NCBI GenBank assembly: GCA_963727895.1
Contig: CAVSHT010000006.1
Span: 32,001 to 96,000 of the forward strand
DNA from: an uncultured Methanosarcinaceae archaeon
GTDB lineage: Archaea; Halobacteriota; Methanosarcinia; Methanosarcinales; Methanosarcinaceae
Reading direction: 5' to 3'
Length of the DNA: 64,000 nucleotides
Below are positions 41,470 through 52,256 of this stretch, one piece after another (position 1 is the first letter of the stretch; each line of letters opens with the position of its first letter). A program made the position numbers and the translations under genes. The notes under the pieces are model-generated. The model was not told the origin of the DNA, made no database searches, and saw nothing but the letters and a program-made list of their open reading frames with translations.

Positions 41470-42339
41470 TCAGGGCATTATTCTTTCTATAGGTACAACA
41501 AGAACGTCCCGTGCGCCAACGTTTCTCAGCTTATTTACAATGGTGAAAATAAGATCTGCATCCACAACCGCATGAACTGCAAGGATGGATTCTCCAGACA
41601 ATTTGCTGGACTCGACCTTCATTACAGTTGGACCTGCCATTCCTGGCAGGACTTTTTTCACTGCCTGGAGGGAAGATTCGGGAACGTTCATCATAAGATA
41701 ACGCTTCTGCTTTGCATTGAGCACGCTTTCCAATGCAGTTTTTATGTCTAATATTTTTTCTTTTTTATTGAGGCTTTCTTTATTTGCGATCAGATATACT
41801 GTGGATGTAAAAACGTTTTCAATTGGCTTTAAATGGTTCATCATCAAAGTGGTTCCGGAGCTTGATATATCCACGATTGCATCTGCGATCCCCACATGTG
41901 GAGTCATTTCACAGGCTCCACTGACCTTTATAACCTCAACTTTTACTCCAAGTTTTTTGAAGTACTGACTCGTAATTTCTGGAAACTCTGTTGCAATCTT
42001 TTTTCCTTCCAGATCTTGGGCTTTTTGGAACTTTGAATCTTCAGGGACGGCCAGAACAAGGTTGGCTTTTCCGAATTTCAGATCCAGAAGAGTTTCAACC
42101 TTTGCTCCTCTTTCCGTAATCAAATCTATGCCTGTAATACCGACGTCTGCAGCTCCGTCTTGTACGTACTCAGGAATATCAGCAGCTCTGGCAAAGAGAA
42201 TCTGAATCTCAGGGTCTGTAGTTTTTGCAAAAAGTTTTCTACTCTCGGCTCCCCCACTTATAGGGAGTCCTGCATCTTTGAAAAGAGAAATTGTGGGTTC
42301 GTAAAGGCGCCCTTTATTGGGTATTGCAATGCGAATCAT
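41470..42339 (-). CDS. hisG: ATP phosphoribosyltransferase (long form)
   Basis: IAIPNKGRL, RAADIP.YV.DG.AD.GITG.D, GACE.TP..G.ADAIVD..SSGTT, PG..GPTV. Confidence 0.98.
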   Translation of the reverse strand: MIRIAIPNKGRLYEPTISLFKDAGLPISGGAESRKLFAKTTDPEIQILFARAADIPEYVQDGAADVGITGIDLITERGAKVETLLDLKFGKANLVLAVPEDSKFQKAQDLEGKKIATEFPEITSQYFKKLGVKVEVIKVSGACEMTPHVGIADAIVDISSSGTTLMMNHLKPIENVFTSTVYLIANKESLNKKEKILDIKTALESVLNAKQKRYLMMNVPESSLQAVKKVLPGMAGPTVMKVESSKLSGESILAVHAVVDADLIFTIVNKLRNVGARDVLVVPIERIMP

Positions 42340-42821
42340 CTGTTATGTCCTCTATAAATAATCCACCGAGATATATTTCATCGGCTAAATTCATCTAATT
42401 AAATACATTAAGGTAAAATGTTTATTCAAAACACTCTTGTATAATATAGACCTCACGATAAAGTCTCATTGAACTCTTCTTTCAAGAGGGCAATTCTATA
42501 GATAAAAAGATCGCTCATCATGAACTCATTTCGAGGGAGAGTTAATGATTTTTTTATGTTGAAGGCGATTAAAATTTATTTCAATATATTATTACCTCAA
42601 GTAATAATAATGTGGGAAAAATTATATATTCTGATAATTTCATAGATTATGACTCTCACGTCACATATATAATATTATTTCTGTCATAAGAATACAGGAG
42701 TTAATCCTAACGGAATGCTAAGAATAGCAGACTGATGATGCAACTGACCGAAAAATAGTAAACCAATAATATCAACATTTAATTACAAAACTATTAATGA
42801 TTTTAAAAAAAGAGGATCCAA

Positions 42822-44018
42822 ATGGCCCGAAATATCAAAGTGGAAGAGCTCTTCCAGACCCCTATTGAGAAGCAGCAGATAGAGCTTGTAGAACGAAAAG
42901 GGATAGGGCATCCTGACAGCATATCGGACGGATTGGCCGAAGCTGTAAGTCGCGCACTATGCAGGGAATATATAAGCAAATGTGGAGCTGTACTCCATCA
43001 TAATACCGATGAAACTCAGATTGTAGCCGGAAGATCCAGCCCTCAGTTTGGGAGTGGAGAAGTTTTGCAGCCCATATATATTCTACTAGTAGGTAGGGCA
43101 ACAAAGGAGTTTGACGGAGTAGAACTTGCTACTGAGTCTGTGGCCCTTCAAGCTGCCAGAAAATACCTTAAAAATACCCTTGTAAATATGGATCTCGAAA
43201 GAGATGTTATCATGGATTGTAAACTCGGGACAGGGTCCTCAGACCTGAGGGATGTCTTCAACAGAGACAGGATTCCGGTTGCAAACGATACATCATTTGG
43301 GGTTGGACATGCTCCTTTTTCCGAGCTTGAAAATCTTGTATATAATACAGAAAGACAACTGCTAACAGATCTTAAGTCACGCATGCCTGCGATAGGAGAA
43401 GACATGAAGGTTATGGGTCTAAGAGATGGAGAAGACATAACCCTTACAATATGCAGCGGCATGATTGGGAGATACATAGACGATCTGGATAGTTATATAA
43501 ATATGACTCAGGAAATGCAGACATATGTTGAAGAACTTGCAATTAAGTATACTGAACGCAATGTGAATGTATACATCAACACTGCAGATAACCTGAAAAC
43601 CAGCTGTGTTTTCCTTACAGTTACGGGCACTTCAGCTGAAATGGGAGATGACGGTTCTGTAGGACGTGGAAACCGCTGTAATGGACTGATCACACCAAAC
43701 AGGCCTATGAGCATGGAGGCAACAAGTGGAAAGAACCCGATTAACCACATAGGTAAAATCTATAACCTCCTCTCTACTCAGATGGCCCGTGATATTGTAA
43801 AGCAGGTTCCAGAAGTCCAGGATGTTTATATCAGGCTTCTTTCCCAGATCGGAAAACCAATTGACCAGCCACTTGTAGCAAGTGCGCAGATTATCCCGAA
43901 AGAAGGAAATTCTTTTGCGAAGGTCAAAGCTGAAGCTGAAGTTGTCATGGATGACTGGTTTTCTAATGTGACAAAGATTACCGAAATGGTGATTAAAGGG
44001 GAATTAAACACTTTCTAA
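42822..44018 (+). CDS. mat: S-adenosylmethionine synthetase (archaeal type)
   Basis: [57 protein letters not shown]. Confidence 0.97.
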   Translation: MARNIKVEELFQTPIEKQQIELVERKGIGHPDSISDGLAEAVSRALCREYISKCGAVLHHNTDETQIVAGRSSPQFGSGEVLQPIYILLVGRATKEFDGVELATESVALQAARKYLKNTLVNMDLERDVIMDCKLGTGSSDLRDVFNRDRIPVANDTSFGVGHAPFSELENLVYNTERQLLTDLKSRMPAIGEDMKVMGLRDGEDITLTICSGMIGRYIDDLDSYINMTQEMQTYVEELAIKYTERNVNVYINTADNLKTSCVFLTVTGTSAEMGDDGSVGRGNRCNGLITPNRPMSMEATSGKNPINHIGKIYNLLSTQMARDIVKQVPEVQDVYIRLLSQIGKPIDQPLVASAQIIPKEGNSFAKVKAEAEVVMDDWFSNVTKITEMVIKGELNTF

Positions 44019-44283
44019 ACAAAGTGCAGATTTTGCTGAGAAGAACTTTCCAGTTCTTTTCACAACTTCTTTACGTGAATGTTTTTGATCTTATTTTGAA
44101 CAAGAAATTGTTTACTTCTGGTAAAAATCAATTTTTAGATTCAACTGTTATGATGTTAGCTTACATTTATATAAATCTTGTAAAAATGTCCCTGTATTAT
44201 GTATCCAGCGAAACATATATATATAATTGCCATATATGAGATGGTACATTCAAGCAGTGTAACAATGGATTAACATACATCAT

Positions 44284-44399
44284 CCCGCCTTAACTCAGTG
44301 GTAGAGTGCGCGGCTGTAGTTCGGCTCGTGCGGGGAAACTTCCCCGTTCATTTCTGCGCAGGCACCGCGATGTCCCCGGTTCGAGTCTGGGAGGCGGGA
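44284..44399 (+). tRNA. tRNA-Tyr(GTA) with a 44-nt intron (44320-44363) at position 37/38
   Basis: Acceptor stem CCCGCCT/AGGCGGG + A, anticodon stem CGCGG/CCGCG, CT-GTA-G, T-loop TTCGAGT, bulge-helix-bulge junction. Confidence 0.93.
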
Positions 44400-44511
44400 C
44401 CTTATAACAAACTCCATAATCGAAACAATTCTACGGGAACATTTATATATTTAAAATGCATTTATGGTTTGCTCACGACGCGGGCTAAATCAGCAGCAAA
44501 TAATACTTAGT

Positions 44512-44584
44512 GTCCGGATAGTGTAGAGGCCTATCATGGAGCCCTGTCGAGGCTCCGACTCGGGTTCGAATCCCGGTCCGGGCG
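44512..44584 (+). tRNA. tRNA-Asp(GTC)
   Basis: Acceptor stem GTCCGGA/TCCGGGC + G, anticodon arm GAGCC-CTGTCGA-GGCTC, GGTTCGAATCC; TATA box at ~44442. Confidence 0.95.
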
Positions 44585-44896
44585 TTATCTTAATTAAAGC
44601 TCGATTTTCATTAATCGAATATATTTTTTTTATGTGTTTTTTAAGAATAATGATTATCTATTCTTTTAGTTCTATTTTTTATCGTATGTCTCTTTATGGT
44701 CTCTTTATATCTACAACCAGCGTATACTTTTTTCTTCATGCAGGATTATTACAGAATAGCAGTATAGACAGTTTAACAAAAAGAATCAAAGGAAAAGTTT
44801 ATAGGGGTTTTTGTACTCCTTTTTACTGAATTTATTGTAAGTGTTTAGCTCTTTACTTCTAAATTGGTTCAATACTCTTTCAATTTGTTGTATTTA

Positions 44897-45091
44897 TCAT
44901 CTGCGTTTTTTCTGTCCTTCTCCCATCATCCATTTAATGCTTTCTTCATACAATCTGTGATATTCGTCATCCGTAGACGTTCCATTTTTCTTCATACCTA
45001 GTCGAATTATACTTAATATAATCTCAAGTATTAATCTCCATATTAAAATAAAGAAAATTATATTCCCTATATAATATATGTCTTCTATCAT
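44897..45091 (-). CDS. Small membrane hypothetical protein
   Basis: One TM segment then a charged tail; ATG 45091 after AAGGA. Confidence 0.4.
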   Translation of the reverse strand: MIEDIYYIGNIIFFILIWRLILEIILSIIRLGMKKNGTSTDDEYHRLYEESIKWMMGEGQKKRR

Positions 45092-45551
45092 TTCCTTAAT
45101 GCTTCCCTCTTGCTTTTTACATATTTTGTATCTTATTCGCAAACAGGATACATATACTAAAGTACAGGTCTCTTATCTTCTAACCATAGAGTTTCTTTGG
45201 TTTCTTTGTTGAGAGTTCTATTTTATTTTAGCAGACTACTATACTCTTATTTATGCATATAAAATATATAGTTCTCGTAATCTACAAACAGTGATATAAA
45301 GTAAACGTATTAAATACAAAAATAGTGCCAGCAGTTCCTGTATAATAAGATATTATATGCATCACTGAAAATATACTTGATACGTGTAATATTTATGGAA
45401 TTTAAGTGTAAATACACTTATTTTTTTATTTTCAGAAATACATCTTATAGAAAGTTTTACTTTGTATTTAGTTATTGTAGGTTAACTAAGAGTCACAACT
45501 TCTATTGAAATGTACAAACTATTAAAAGAAAGTAACTTGGAAGAATAAAAG

Positions 45552-46178
45552 ATGGAAATTGAAGCTGTCGTTTCTGATGTTTCCAGGGAAGATCTCAACA
45601 GTATACAGGGAATACTGAAAACTACCCGCAAAAAAATGGAGATTGAAACGCTTGCTTTTATTGAAGCTACAAAAATTTTCACCTCTACATGGATTCAAAG
45701 AGAAGTTGAAATGGCTGTAAATTCTCAGGAAAATGAATCTTTTCCTGAAACTTTAAGGTCTGACCTCCAAAAATCTAGTGAATTAAACTTAGACATAAAT
45801 GAGTTCTCCATGAATATTTCAGATATTGTAGAAACTCATCTCAACCTTGATGATCACTGGATTCACAGAAATGCACTATTTCAGCCTGATATTTCCAAAG
45901 ATTACTTTGAGTTTCAAAAAGGAAAAATTCGAAGTGAATTGACCTCAAGCATTCGAATAATCCTTGGCTGTGCCACCGAGATTTTCTGGAACCTGGATGA
46001 AGGAGAATCTAAGAATAAATCATGGGTAAAAGAGATGGGAAGGAGAAAATACGTTTGTTTTCTTCGGTTCTCGGATGAAATGACAGCTTCTCTTAACCAT
46101 TATTTTGAGTTGCTTGAGACACTTTTGGTTTTGAATCATAAATTGAAAGAAGAAATGTTAAAGATCGATGAAAAATAA
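45552..46178 (+). CDS. Hypothetical helical protein
   Basis: 208-aa ORF overlapping the next gene. Confidence 0.7.
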   Translation: MEIEAVVSDVSREDLNSIQGILKTTRKKMEIETLAFIEATKIFTSTWIQREVEMAVNSQENESFPETLRSDLQKSSELNLDINEFSMNISDIVETHLNLDDHWIHRNALFQPDISKDYFEFQKGKIRSELTSSIRIILGCATEIFWNLDEGESKNKSWVKEMGRRKYVCFLRFSDEMTASLNHYFELLETLLVLNHKLKEEMLKIDEK

Positions 46179-47391
46179 GCCTGACAATAAGACCTATATG
46201 TACAAAACCAGATTACCTTGCATGAATGAACCAGAATTTAGTATAAAACAGGCTCTTAAGGAAGCAGGAACTGATGCGTACCTTATGACAGGAAATCTTC
46301 ATAATTCAGATATTTATTACGTGACTCATTTCCTCGCTTCCGATGATTTTGCATACTTACAAACGGATGAAGGTAAAGAGGTACTTTTTATTTCGGATAT
46401 GGAAAAGGGAAGGGCTCAAATTGAGTCAAGGGTTCCCACGATAAAAACATTGCAGGATCTGGGTTACAGGGAGAAGTTGAAGGAAAAGAAAGATCCATCT
46501 ATTGCTTATGCAGCCTGCATATCTGAGTTACTTGCAGAAAATGAAATAAAAAAAGTTGCAGTACCTTATGATTTTCCGGTGTTTGAATCAAATTGCCTCA
46601 AAGAAGCAGGTTTCTCCATAATACCCATAAAAAGTCCATTTAGAAAAATCCGGAGCTTAAAAAGTCCAGACGAAATTGAAGCCATAAAATACGCCCAGAT
46701 GGCTGGAGAAAAATCTATGGAAGCCGCAATAGCTTTGATAAAAGAAGCAGAAGTAAAAGAAGGCTTTCTATACCATGCAGGGGAGGTATTGACAGGCGCT
46801 AAAGTGCTTTCGGTCATAGATCATACTCTTCTTGACTATGGTTGTGAAGCTGAAGAGACTATTGTTTCATGTGGACAGGATACTGCAAATCCTCATGGAA
46901 CTACAGATGGTCCTCTAAGTGCAAATGCTCCAATTATCCTGGATATTTTCCCAAAAAGCAAAAAGAAACGTTATTTTGCAGATATGACCCGCACGGTTCT
47001 GCACGGAGAGGCTTCGGAAGAGCTCAAAAAGATGTACGAAACTGTACTTGCAGCCCAGAAAAAGGGATTTGAGATGATTAAGCCAGGAGTGAAAGCTTCA
47101 GATGTTCATAATGCCGTCTGCGATTACTTTGAATCAAATGGTTATGATACTTACAGAACTGGGTCAAAAGTTGGGTTTATCCACTCGACAGGACATGGAG
47201 TTGGACTTGATATCCATGAATTGCCGAGTGTTGGAGAAAATGGAACTCTGCTTGAGGCAGGTAATGTGATCACTGTCGAACCTGGTCTGTACTATCCTGG
47301 GATTGGTGGCATACGAATCGAGGATATGGTCCTGGTCACTGAAAATGGATTTAAGAATTTTACAGGATTAGAAAAGAGATTTGTATTATAA
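46168..47391 (+). CDS. Xaa-Pro peptidase (M24B family)
   Basis: R..KS.DEI, ANPHG, YFADMTRT, HSTGHGVGLDIHE.P, TVEPGLY, GIRIED. The start may be a downstream ATG. Confidence 0.93.
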   Translation: MKNKPDNKTYMYKTRLPCMNEPEFSIKQALKEAGTDAYLMTGNLHNSDIYYVTHFLASDDFAYLQTDEGKEVLFISDMEKGRAQIESRVPTIKTLQDLGYREKLKEKKDPSIAYAACISELLAENEIKKVAVPYDFPVFESNCLKEAGFSIIPIKSPFRKIRSLKSPDEIEAIKYAQMAGEKSMEAAIALIKEAEVKEGFLYHAGEVLTGAKVLSVIDHTLLDYGCEAEETIVSCGQDTANPHGTTDGPLSANAPIILDIFPKSKKKRYFADMTRTVLHGEASEELKKMYETVLAAQKKGFEMIKPGVKASDVHNAVCDYFESNGYDTYRTGSKVGFIHSTGHGVGLDIHELPSVGENGTLLEAGNVITVEPGLYYPGIGGIRIEDMVLVTENGFKNFTGLEKRFVL

Positions 47392-47763
47392 CAGATTTAT
47401 AACAGATTTACAATTTAAACTATTTGTTTTATTCTCGTATACGCATTTAACAATATCTAATCTGGTTATCTAGAAGATAATTTATTTAAATCAAAAGTTT
47501 ATGGCTTAATATTAAACGCCGTTGTTAACACATTCAGGAACTACTATTAATCCAATAATTAGAATATATTCCAATACATAACTTTAGATTACAATAAAGC
47601 AATTCGATGAGATCTCAGTATATTTCCACTTATATTTTAATAGTTTAGATGTTTAATTGAGATCTTAGTATAATTAATAATTCCAGTATGTTTCAATAAG
47701 ATTTCAATAGATTATCCAAAGTTTACAATAAATGTCTAACAAAATTATCTAAAAGGGGTTAAC

Positions 47764-48654
47764 ATGACTGATAATGTGCATAACAAACAAGAAATTCTTG
47801 AGAAATACAGGGAAGCAGGCAGGATCTTGAAAATTGTCAGAGATGAAGCCGTGGAAATGGTTCGGGTAGGAAATACTCTGCTTCAAGTTGCGGAATTTGT
47901 AGAAAATAAGACTATAGAGCTTGGAGGCAGACCTGCTTTTCCCTGTAATCTTTCTAGAAATCAAGAGGCTGCACATGCAACCCCGAAGATCGGAGATACT
48001 GATGTATTTGATAAAGATATGGTTAAGCTGGATCTTGGAGTCCACGTAGATGGATATGTTGCAGATTCGGCTGTAACTGTTGATTTATCCGAAAATTCTG
48101 ATATCTTAAAAGCTGCTGAGGGAGCTCTTGCTGCTGCTATTGAGTTTGCAAAACCGGGAGTTACTACAGGGGAAATTGGTGCTGTAATTGAGAATAGCAT
48201 TCGTAGTTACGGTCTGAACCCGATAATTAACCTGACAGGACATGGGCTTTCTCAGTACGAAGCTCATGATGACCCTGCTGTTCCTAACCGACATGTGGAA
48301 GGAGGAGCTATTTTAAAGGAAGGAGATGTGCTTGCAATAGAGCCTTTTGCAACGAATGGAGCAGGTCTTGTTCATGACGGAAGTTGGGCTGAGATTTACA
48401 GCCTTGTAAGAAAAAAACCGGTTCGCATGCCTGCGGTCAGAAATGTCCTGAAACAGGTCGAAGAATACAGGGAACTTCCTTTTGCAAAGCGCTGGCTTGA
48501 ATCTGACAGGCTGGATTTCTCTTTGATCCAGCTTGAAAAGGCAGGAATTATCCACTCTTATCCAGTACTTCTTGAAAGCACAGGCGGGCTTGTAGCTCAG
48601 GCTGAACACACTATCATCATAACTGAAGATGGCTGCGAGGTCACAACAAAATAA
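47764..48654 (+). CDS. map: Methionine aminopeptidase type II
   Basis: PAFP.N.S.N..AAH.TP, KLDLGVHVDGY.ADSA, NLTGH, AIEPF.T, AQ.EHT. Confidence 0.97.
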   Translation: MTDNVHNKQEILEKYREAGRILKIVRDEAVEMVRVGNTLLQVAEFVENKTIELGGRPAFPCNLSRNQEAAHATPKIGDTDVFDKDMVKLDLGVHVDGYVADSAVTVDLSENSDILKAAEGALAAAIEFAKPGVTTGEIGAVIENSIRSYGLNPIINLTGHGLSQYEAHDDPAVPNRHVEGGAILKEGDVLAIEPFATNGAGLVHDGSWAEIYSLVRKKPVRMPAVRNVLKQVEEYRELPFAKRWLESDRLDFSLIQLEKAGIIHSYPVLLESTGGLVAQAEHTIIITEDGCEVTTK

Positions 48655-48691
48655 AATCTAAGAAATAAGAGAGTAAAACTTGAAAAACAAA

Positions 48692-48772
48692 GAAAAAGTA
48701 AAAAAGAAAAAGTAAAAAAGAAAAAGTAAAAAAGAAAAAGTAAAAAAGAAAAAGTAAAAAAGAAAAAGTAAA
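48692..48772. repeat. 14-bp tandem repeat GAAAAAGTAAAAAA, ~5.8 copies
   Basis: Unit starts at 48692, 48706, 48720, 48734, 48748 and 48762. Confidence 0.95.
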
Positions 48773-48812
48773 ACCGGATACAAAAAGGAGAATATAAGGT
48801 AGTCATAGAGTA

Positions 48813-48890
48813 AAAAATAATTCAAAAATAATTCAAAAATAATTCAAAAATAATTCAAAAATAATTCAAAAAATGATTCAAAAAAGATTC
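48813..48890. repeat. 11-bp tandem repeat AAAAATAATTC x5 plus two degenerate units
   Basis: Read directly; the sixth, variant unit contains ATG 48873. Confidence 0.95.
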
Positions 48891-49703
48891 GAGTTGAGCG
48901 CCTTGAAAACACATAACCTTTTTTTAACCGGTTTTCTGTTAATTTCTTTTTTTATACCTATCTTTTTGACAGAACCCTGTTCTGCTTCTTTTGTAACCAC
49001 TAATAATATCACACTGGAAAAGAGCGGAATGACCTGGGATTATCAAGAAAAAATTACAGGTAATGACTCCGTTGTTTTCAGAGCTTTGATAGATCTGGAG
49101 GAAGGGAACCGTGATAATTTTGTCAATGCATGGGAAATCTTTAAAGCGGAAACTTCTCTTCGAGATAAAATGATTGAAGATCTAAAAGCAAAACCTGACG
49201 TGAAATTCAATGGAACTTCAGAACCTGTTAAAGTAACAGACGTTGACTTTAGTCTTTCAGATGGAGCTCTGGGCAGGACTTTTAAAAACTCCTCAATTAC
49301 TAATTCTGCAAGTGTAAGTTATATTTTCGAGAAGGAGATTGGTCAGGGGACCAGTATATGGATTCAGGGTACTCCAAATTCAAATGTTACAATCAATTTG
49401 CCTTCAAACCTCAGTGTATCAAGAACAGAAGGGCTGAATAATAAGATTCAGGATTCTGATGGTAATTTTACAGTTCTTAAAGGCACTTTTGACCCGAAAG
49501 AGAATGTTACTATCTGGGTTTCAGAAAATAAAAGCTCTAAACCTGAGTTAAAAAAGAATAACGAAACTATTGCACAGAATGTAACAAATGAGAGTACAAA
49601 AAAGGAAAATAAGTCCATAGCTATTGGAGATTACGTAGAAATACGAAGCTTTTTAGGGCATTTGACAGATAATATCTTTAAAGGTGTTTTTCATATTTTT
49701 TAA
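48873..49703 (+). CDS. Secreted hypothetical protein
   Basis: Hydrophobic N-terminal signal; many N-X-S/T sequons. Confidence 0.75.
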   Translation: MIQKRFELSALKTHNLFLTGFLLISFFIPIFLTEPCSASFVTTNNITLEKSGMTWDYQEKITGNDSVVFRALIDLEEGNRDNFVNAWEIFKAETSLRDKMIEDLKAKPDVKFNGTSEPVKVTDVDFSLSDGALGRTFKNSSITNSASVSYIFEKEIGQGTSIWIQGTPNSNVTINLPSNLSVSRTEGLNNKIQDSDGNFTVLKGTFDPKENVTIWVSENKSSKPELKKNNETIAQNVTNESTKKENKSIAIGDYVEIRSFLGHLTDNIFKGVFHIF

Positions 49704-49744
49704 GCCCAAAAAATTAATCTGTCTTGAAGCTTATTCTGAAAAAT

Positions 49745-50032
49745 ATGCTTATTGAACAAATTCAACTTGAAAATGGATGTGCTCTTGGTCTTCGCTTTGA
49801 AATGCAGAAATATCCTCTTCTGGTTATAAGGGCAGAGAAAGGCTTTCTTATGTGTGGATACCTGAATGTAAGTGCTGCAGAGTCACTTGGAGATGCAGCA
49901 GCAAAGGTAAAAGGCGTACAGAGCTTTGAAGATATGCTCAAAGCTCAGGTTGTTGAAGTTACCCAGCAAGCCAGAGAACTCGGAATCGAATCTGGAATTA
50001 CTGGCAAAGAAGCTCTAGAAAAAATGTTTTGA
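49745..50032 (+). CDS. YunC/DUF1805 family protein
   Basis: PLLVI.AEKGFLMCGYLN...A..LGD.AA.V.GV..FEDML.A, LGI..G.TG.EAL. Confidence 0.88.
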   Translation: MLIEQIQLENGCALGLRFEMQKYPLLVIRAEKGFLMCGYLNVSAAESLGDAAAKVKGVQSFEDMLKAQVVEVTQQARELGIESGITGKEALEKMF

Positions 50033-50436
50033 GGAAAGAGACTGCGTTTTATTGATACACAATAAGGCAGAATTTACGGATTTTGTATCTTGAATCGATA
50101 TTGAAATTTATGTTTGCACTTTTATACTTATTTATTTCAGTTGCATATGCTTTTTTCTAGATGTCTATATCCCTATATTTTGTGCGAATTGTAGGATTCG
50201 AATCCAAGTTTCAAAATCGACCGATTACTGACTAACAATTTGCCTAGATAAGTCCTCATTGAAAGATGTATGAATACTTTCATACTGCATTTAACATTTA
50301 TATATAAAGTTTGTAATAATCTTACCTAACAAAATTGAAAATTTCAACTGATCTTAAACTGTGTTTTTGTCTGCTTGGGTATTAACTATTTTTGTCCAGT
50401 TGTAGTACAGTATATCAAAATCAGTAGTTGGTGTTT

Positions 50437-51310
50437 ATGCCTAGAAAAGGGAAAGATGTTGAGGAAATTGTTGAAAAGCTTAATAAATTAATTTTAGGTC
50501 CAGAATGGGAAATTAAATCTCCTGATTATATAATAGATAAAATTACTGGACAGTTACGTGAAGTTGATGTCTCGATAAGACGTAAAGCAGATTACCTACC
50601 GATATTAATGATAGTAGAATGTAGAGACCGTGATATAGAAGACGTTAGATGGATAGAACAACTAGTAACAAAATGTAATAATCTTGGAGCTGATAAGCTT
50701 ATCGCTGTCTCATCAACTGGATTTACCGAGCCTGCCAAAAAATCTGCTAAGCATTATGGCATTGTCACTCAAGTCTTAAGCAAGATAACTCCAGATGATA
50801 TAAACTCATGGCTATACGGGAATTCTATAAGTGCTTGCCGTGGTTTTTCACGCCTTATTAATATTAAATTTGATGTACTGGGCTCTGTAAACTCCTTATA
50901 AGCTCCATGAAAAGGATAAGGTGTTCTTATTTGAAAATGAGAAATATAGCATAATTGACATTTTCCGCATAGAAGTGTTAGATAAACAACCGGATCTTTC
51001 CAATGATGTTGATATAGATGGATCTAAAAAAATCAAAACAATCAACTTATCAATTCCATATAAATATTGCATCCAGTCAGAAACTTTAGAAATATACAAT
51101 ATAGTTAGCTTTGTTTTTGAGGTAGAGTTATGGTATGAGCAACAAAAAATACCATTTTCGAAAATTTTCCGTTTTGTTGATGAAGATAAGCCAATTATTG
51201 AGTGGGCAGAAACTAAACCAGTTAATGAAGGCAATAGACCAGTCAAGTTTTCATTATCGAAAAGAAAGAATAGTGATGTTATGAATTTAGGCATTGATTT
51301 TTTGGACTAA
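50437..51310 (+). pseudogene. Mrr-like PD-(D/E)xK restriction-endonuclease-fold protein, frameshifted at ~50890
   Basis: E..V..L, G..REVDV, IVECRD, VSS.GFT.PA...A..YGI; the reading frame continues +1 as TPYKLHEKDKVFLF.... Confidence 0.7.
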
Positions 51311-51429
51311 TATAGGTTCTTGCCGTGAAACCAGAAAATTGTACGCTAAGTATTTACCAATGCTTGAAAAATATCACATCCAAACACATTTTTTAATATT
51401 GTTGAGTTACTCATTTAATATTTATTTTT

Positions 51430-52163
51430 GGTATTGTTAACTAAATATAGTTAACTCTTTATTTCTTTATTTCATCAATAGAATAACCGAGTACTTTAGC
51501 ATTTCAAGACTTTTTTATAACACTTTGTCTTTCTTCTCAATCTTGCTAGAAAATGCTCCAATATGCTGTTATATCCTTCAACAGTATACGTTTCTGCTTT
51601 TGATTGAGTATGGATCTTTTCTGGAAGAAACTCTGCATATGCTCTCCAGTGATCTGTCATCACTTCTCCAATGTCTTTTTTCTTCACTTTTTCCCAGAGT
51701 AGTTTTCCAGTTTCTGTTCCTCTGCTGCCAAAAGAGCAGTTGATGAACTTTTTCCCAACTCTATCAACAGCAATCCAGATCCAGCAATATTTTTTTTGTT
51801 GCCGATGTAAGTGTGCATCTCATCCATTTCAACAATAGATATCTCATTTTCACTTTTTAGGTCCTCTAAATCCTGACCAAATTTCTTTATCCATCTTTGG
51901 ACAGAAACATGACTCACCCCTAAAACTCTTCCTATTGAACGAAAGCCCAATCCTTCAAGGTAAAGTTGTAAAGCCTGTCTTTTTACAGAAGCGGAAAAAG
52001 CAGTTGATTTTAGCTCTACTGTATAGTTATATCCACAATCAGAGCATTTGTACCGTTGACGCCCGCCAACTATACCATTCTTTTTGTAATTAGAACTATT
52101 GCATCTGGGGCAGTTAATGAAGAAATATACTTTCTTATATAACTATGTTTAAGTATCAATGAC
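51430..52163 (-). mobile_element. IS1-family element, copy 2 (734 bp, defective)
   Basis: Same TIRs with a mutated terminal dinucleotide; start codon ATG>ATT at 52118; 1-nt deletion at ~51515; TAA at 51467-51469. Confidence 0.92.
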
Positions 52164-52256
52164 AAAAATACATATTAAAAATCGTAAAAATAATACTAAC
52201 GAGAAAAATATAGTAAAAAATATAGTAAAAAGAATTATAAGGAAAGGAGAGCTAAA

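Noticed and set aside
44298..44829. ORFs 44298-44510 and 44536-44829
   Set aside because: They overlap the tRNA-Tyr and tRNA-Asp genes.
48692..48890. Possible CRISPR array
   Set aside because: The units are contiguous 11-14-bp repeats without spacers, and there are no cas genes in the window.
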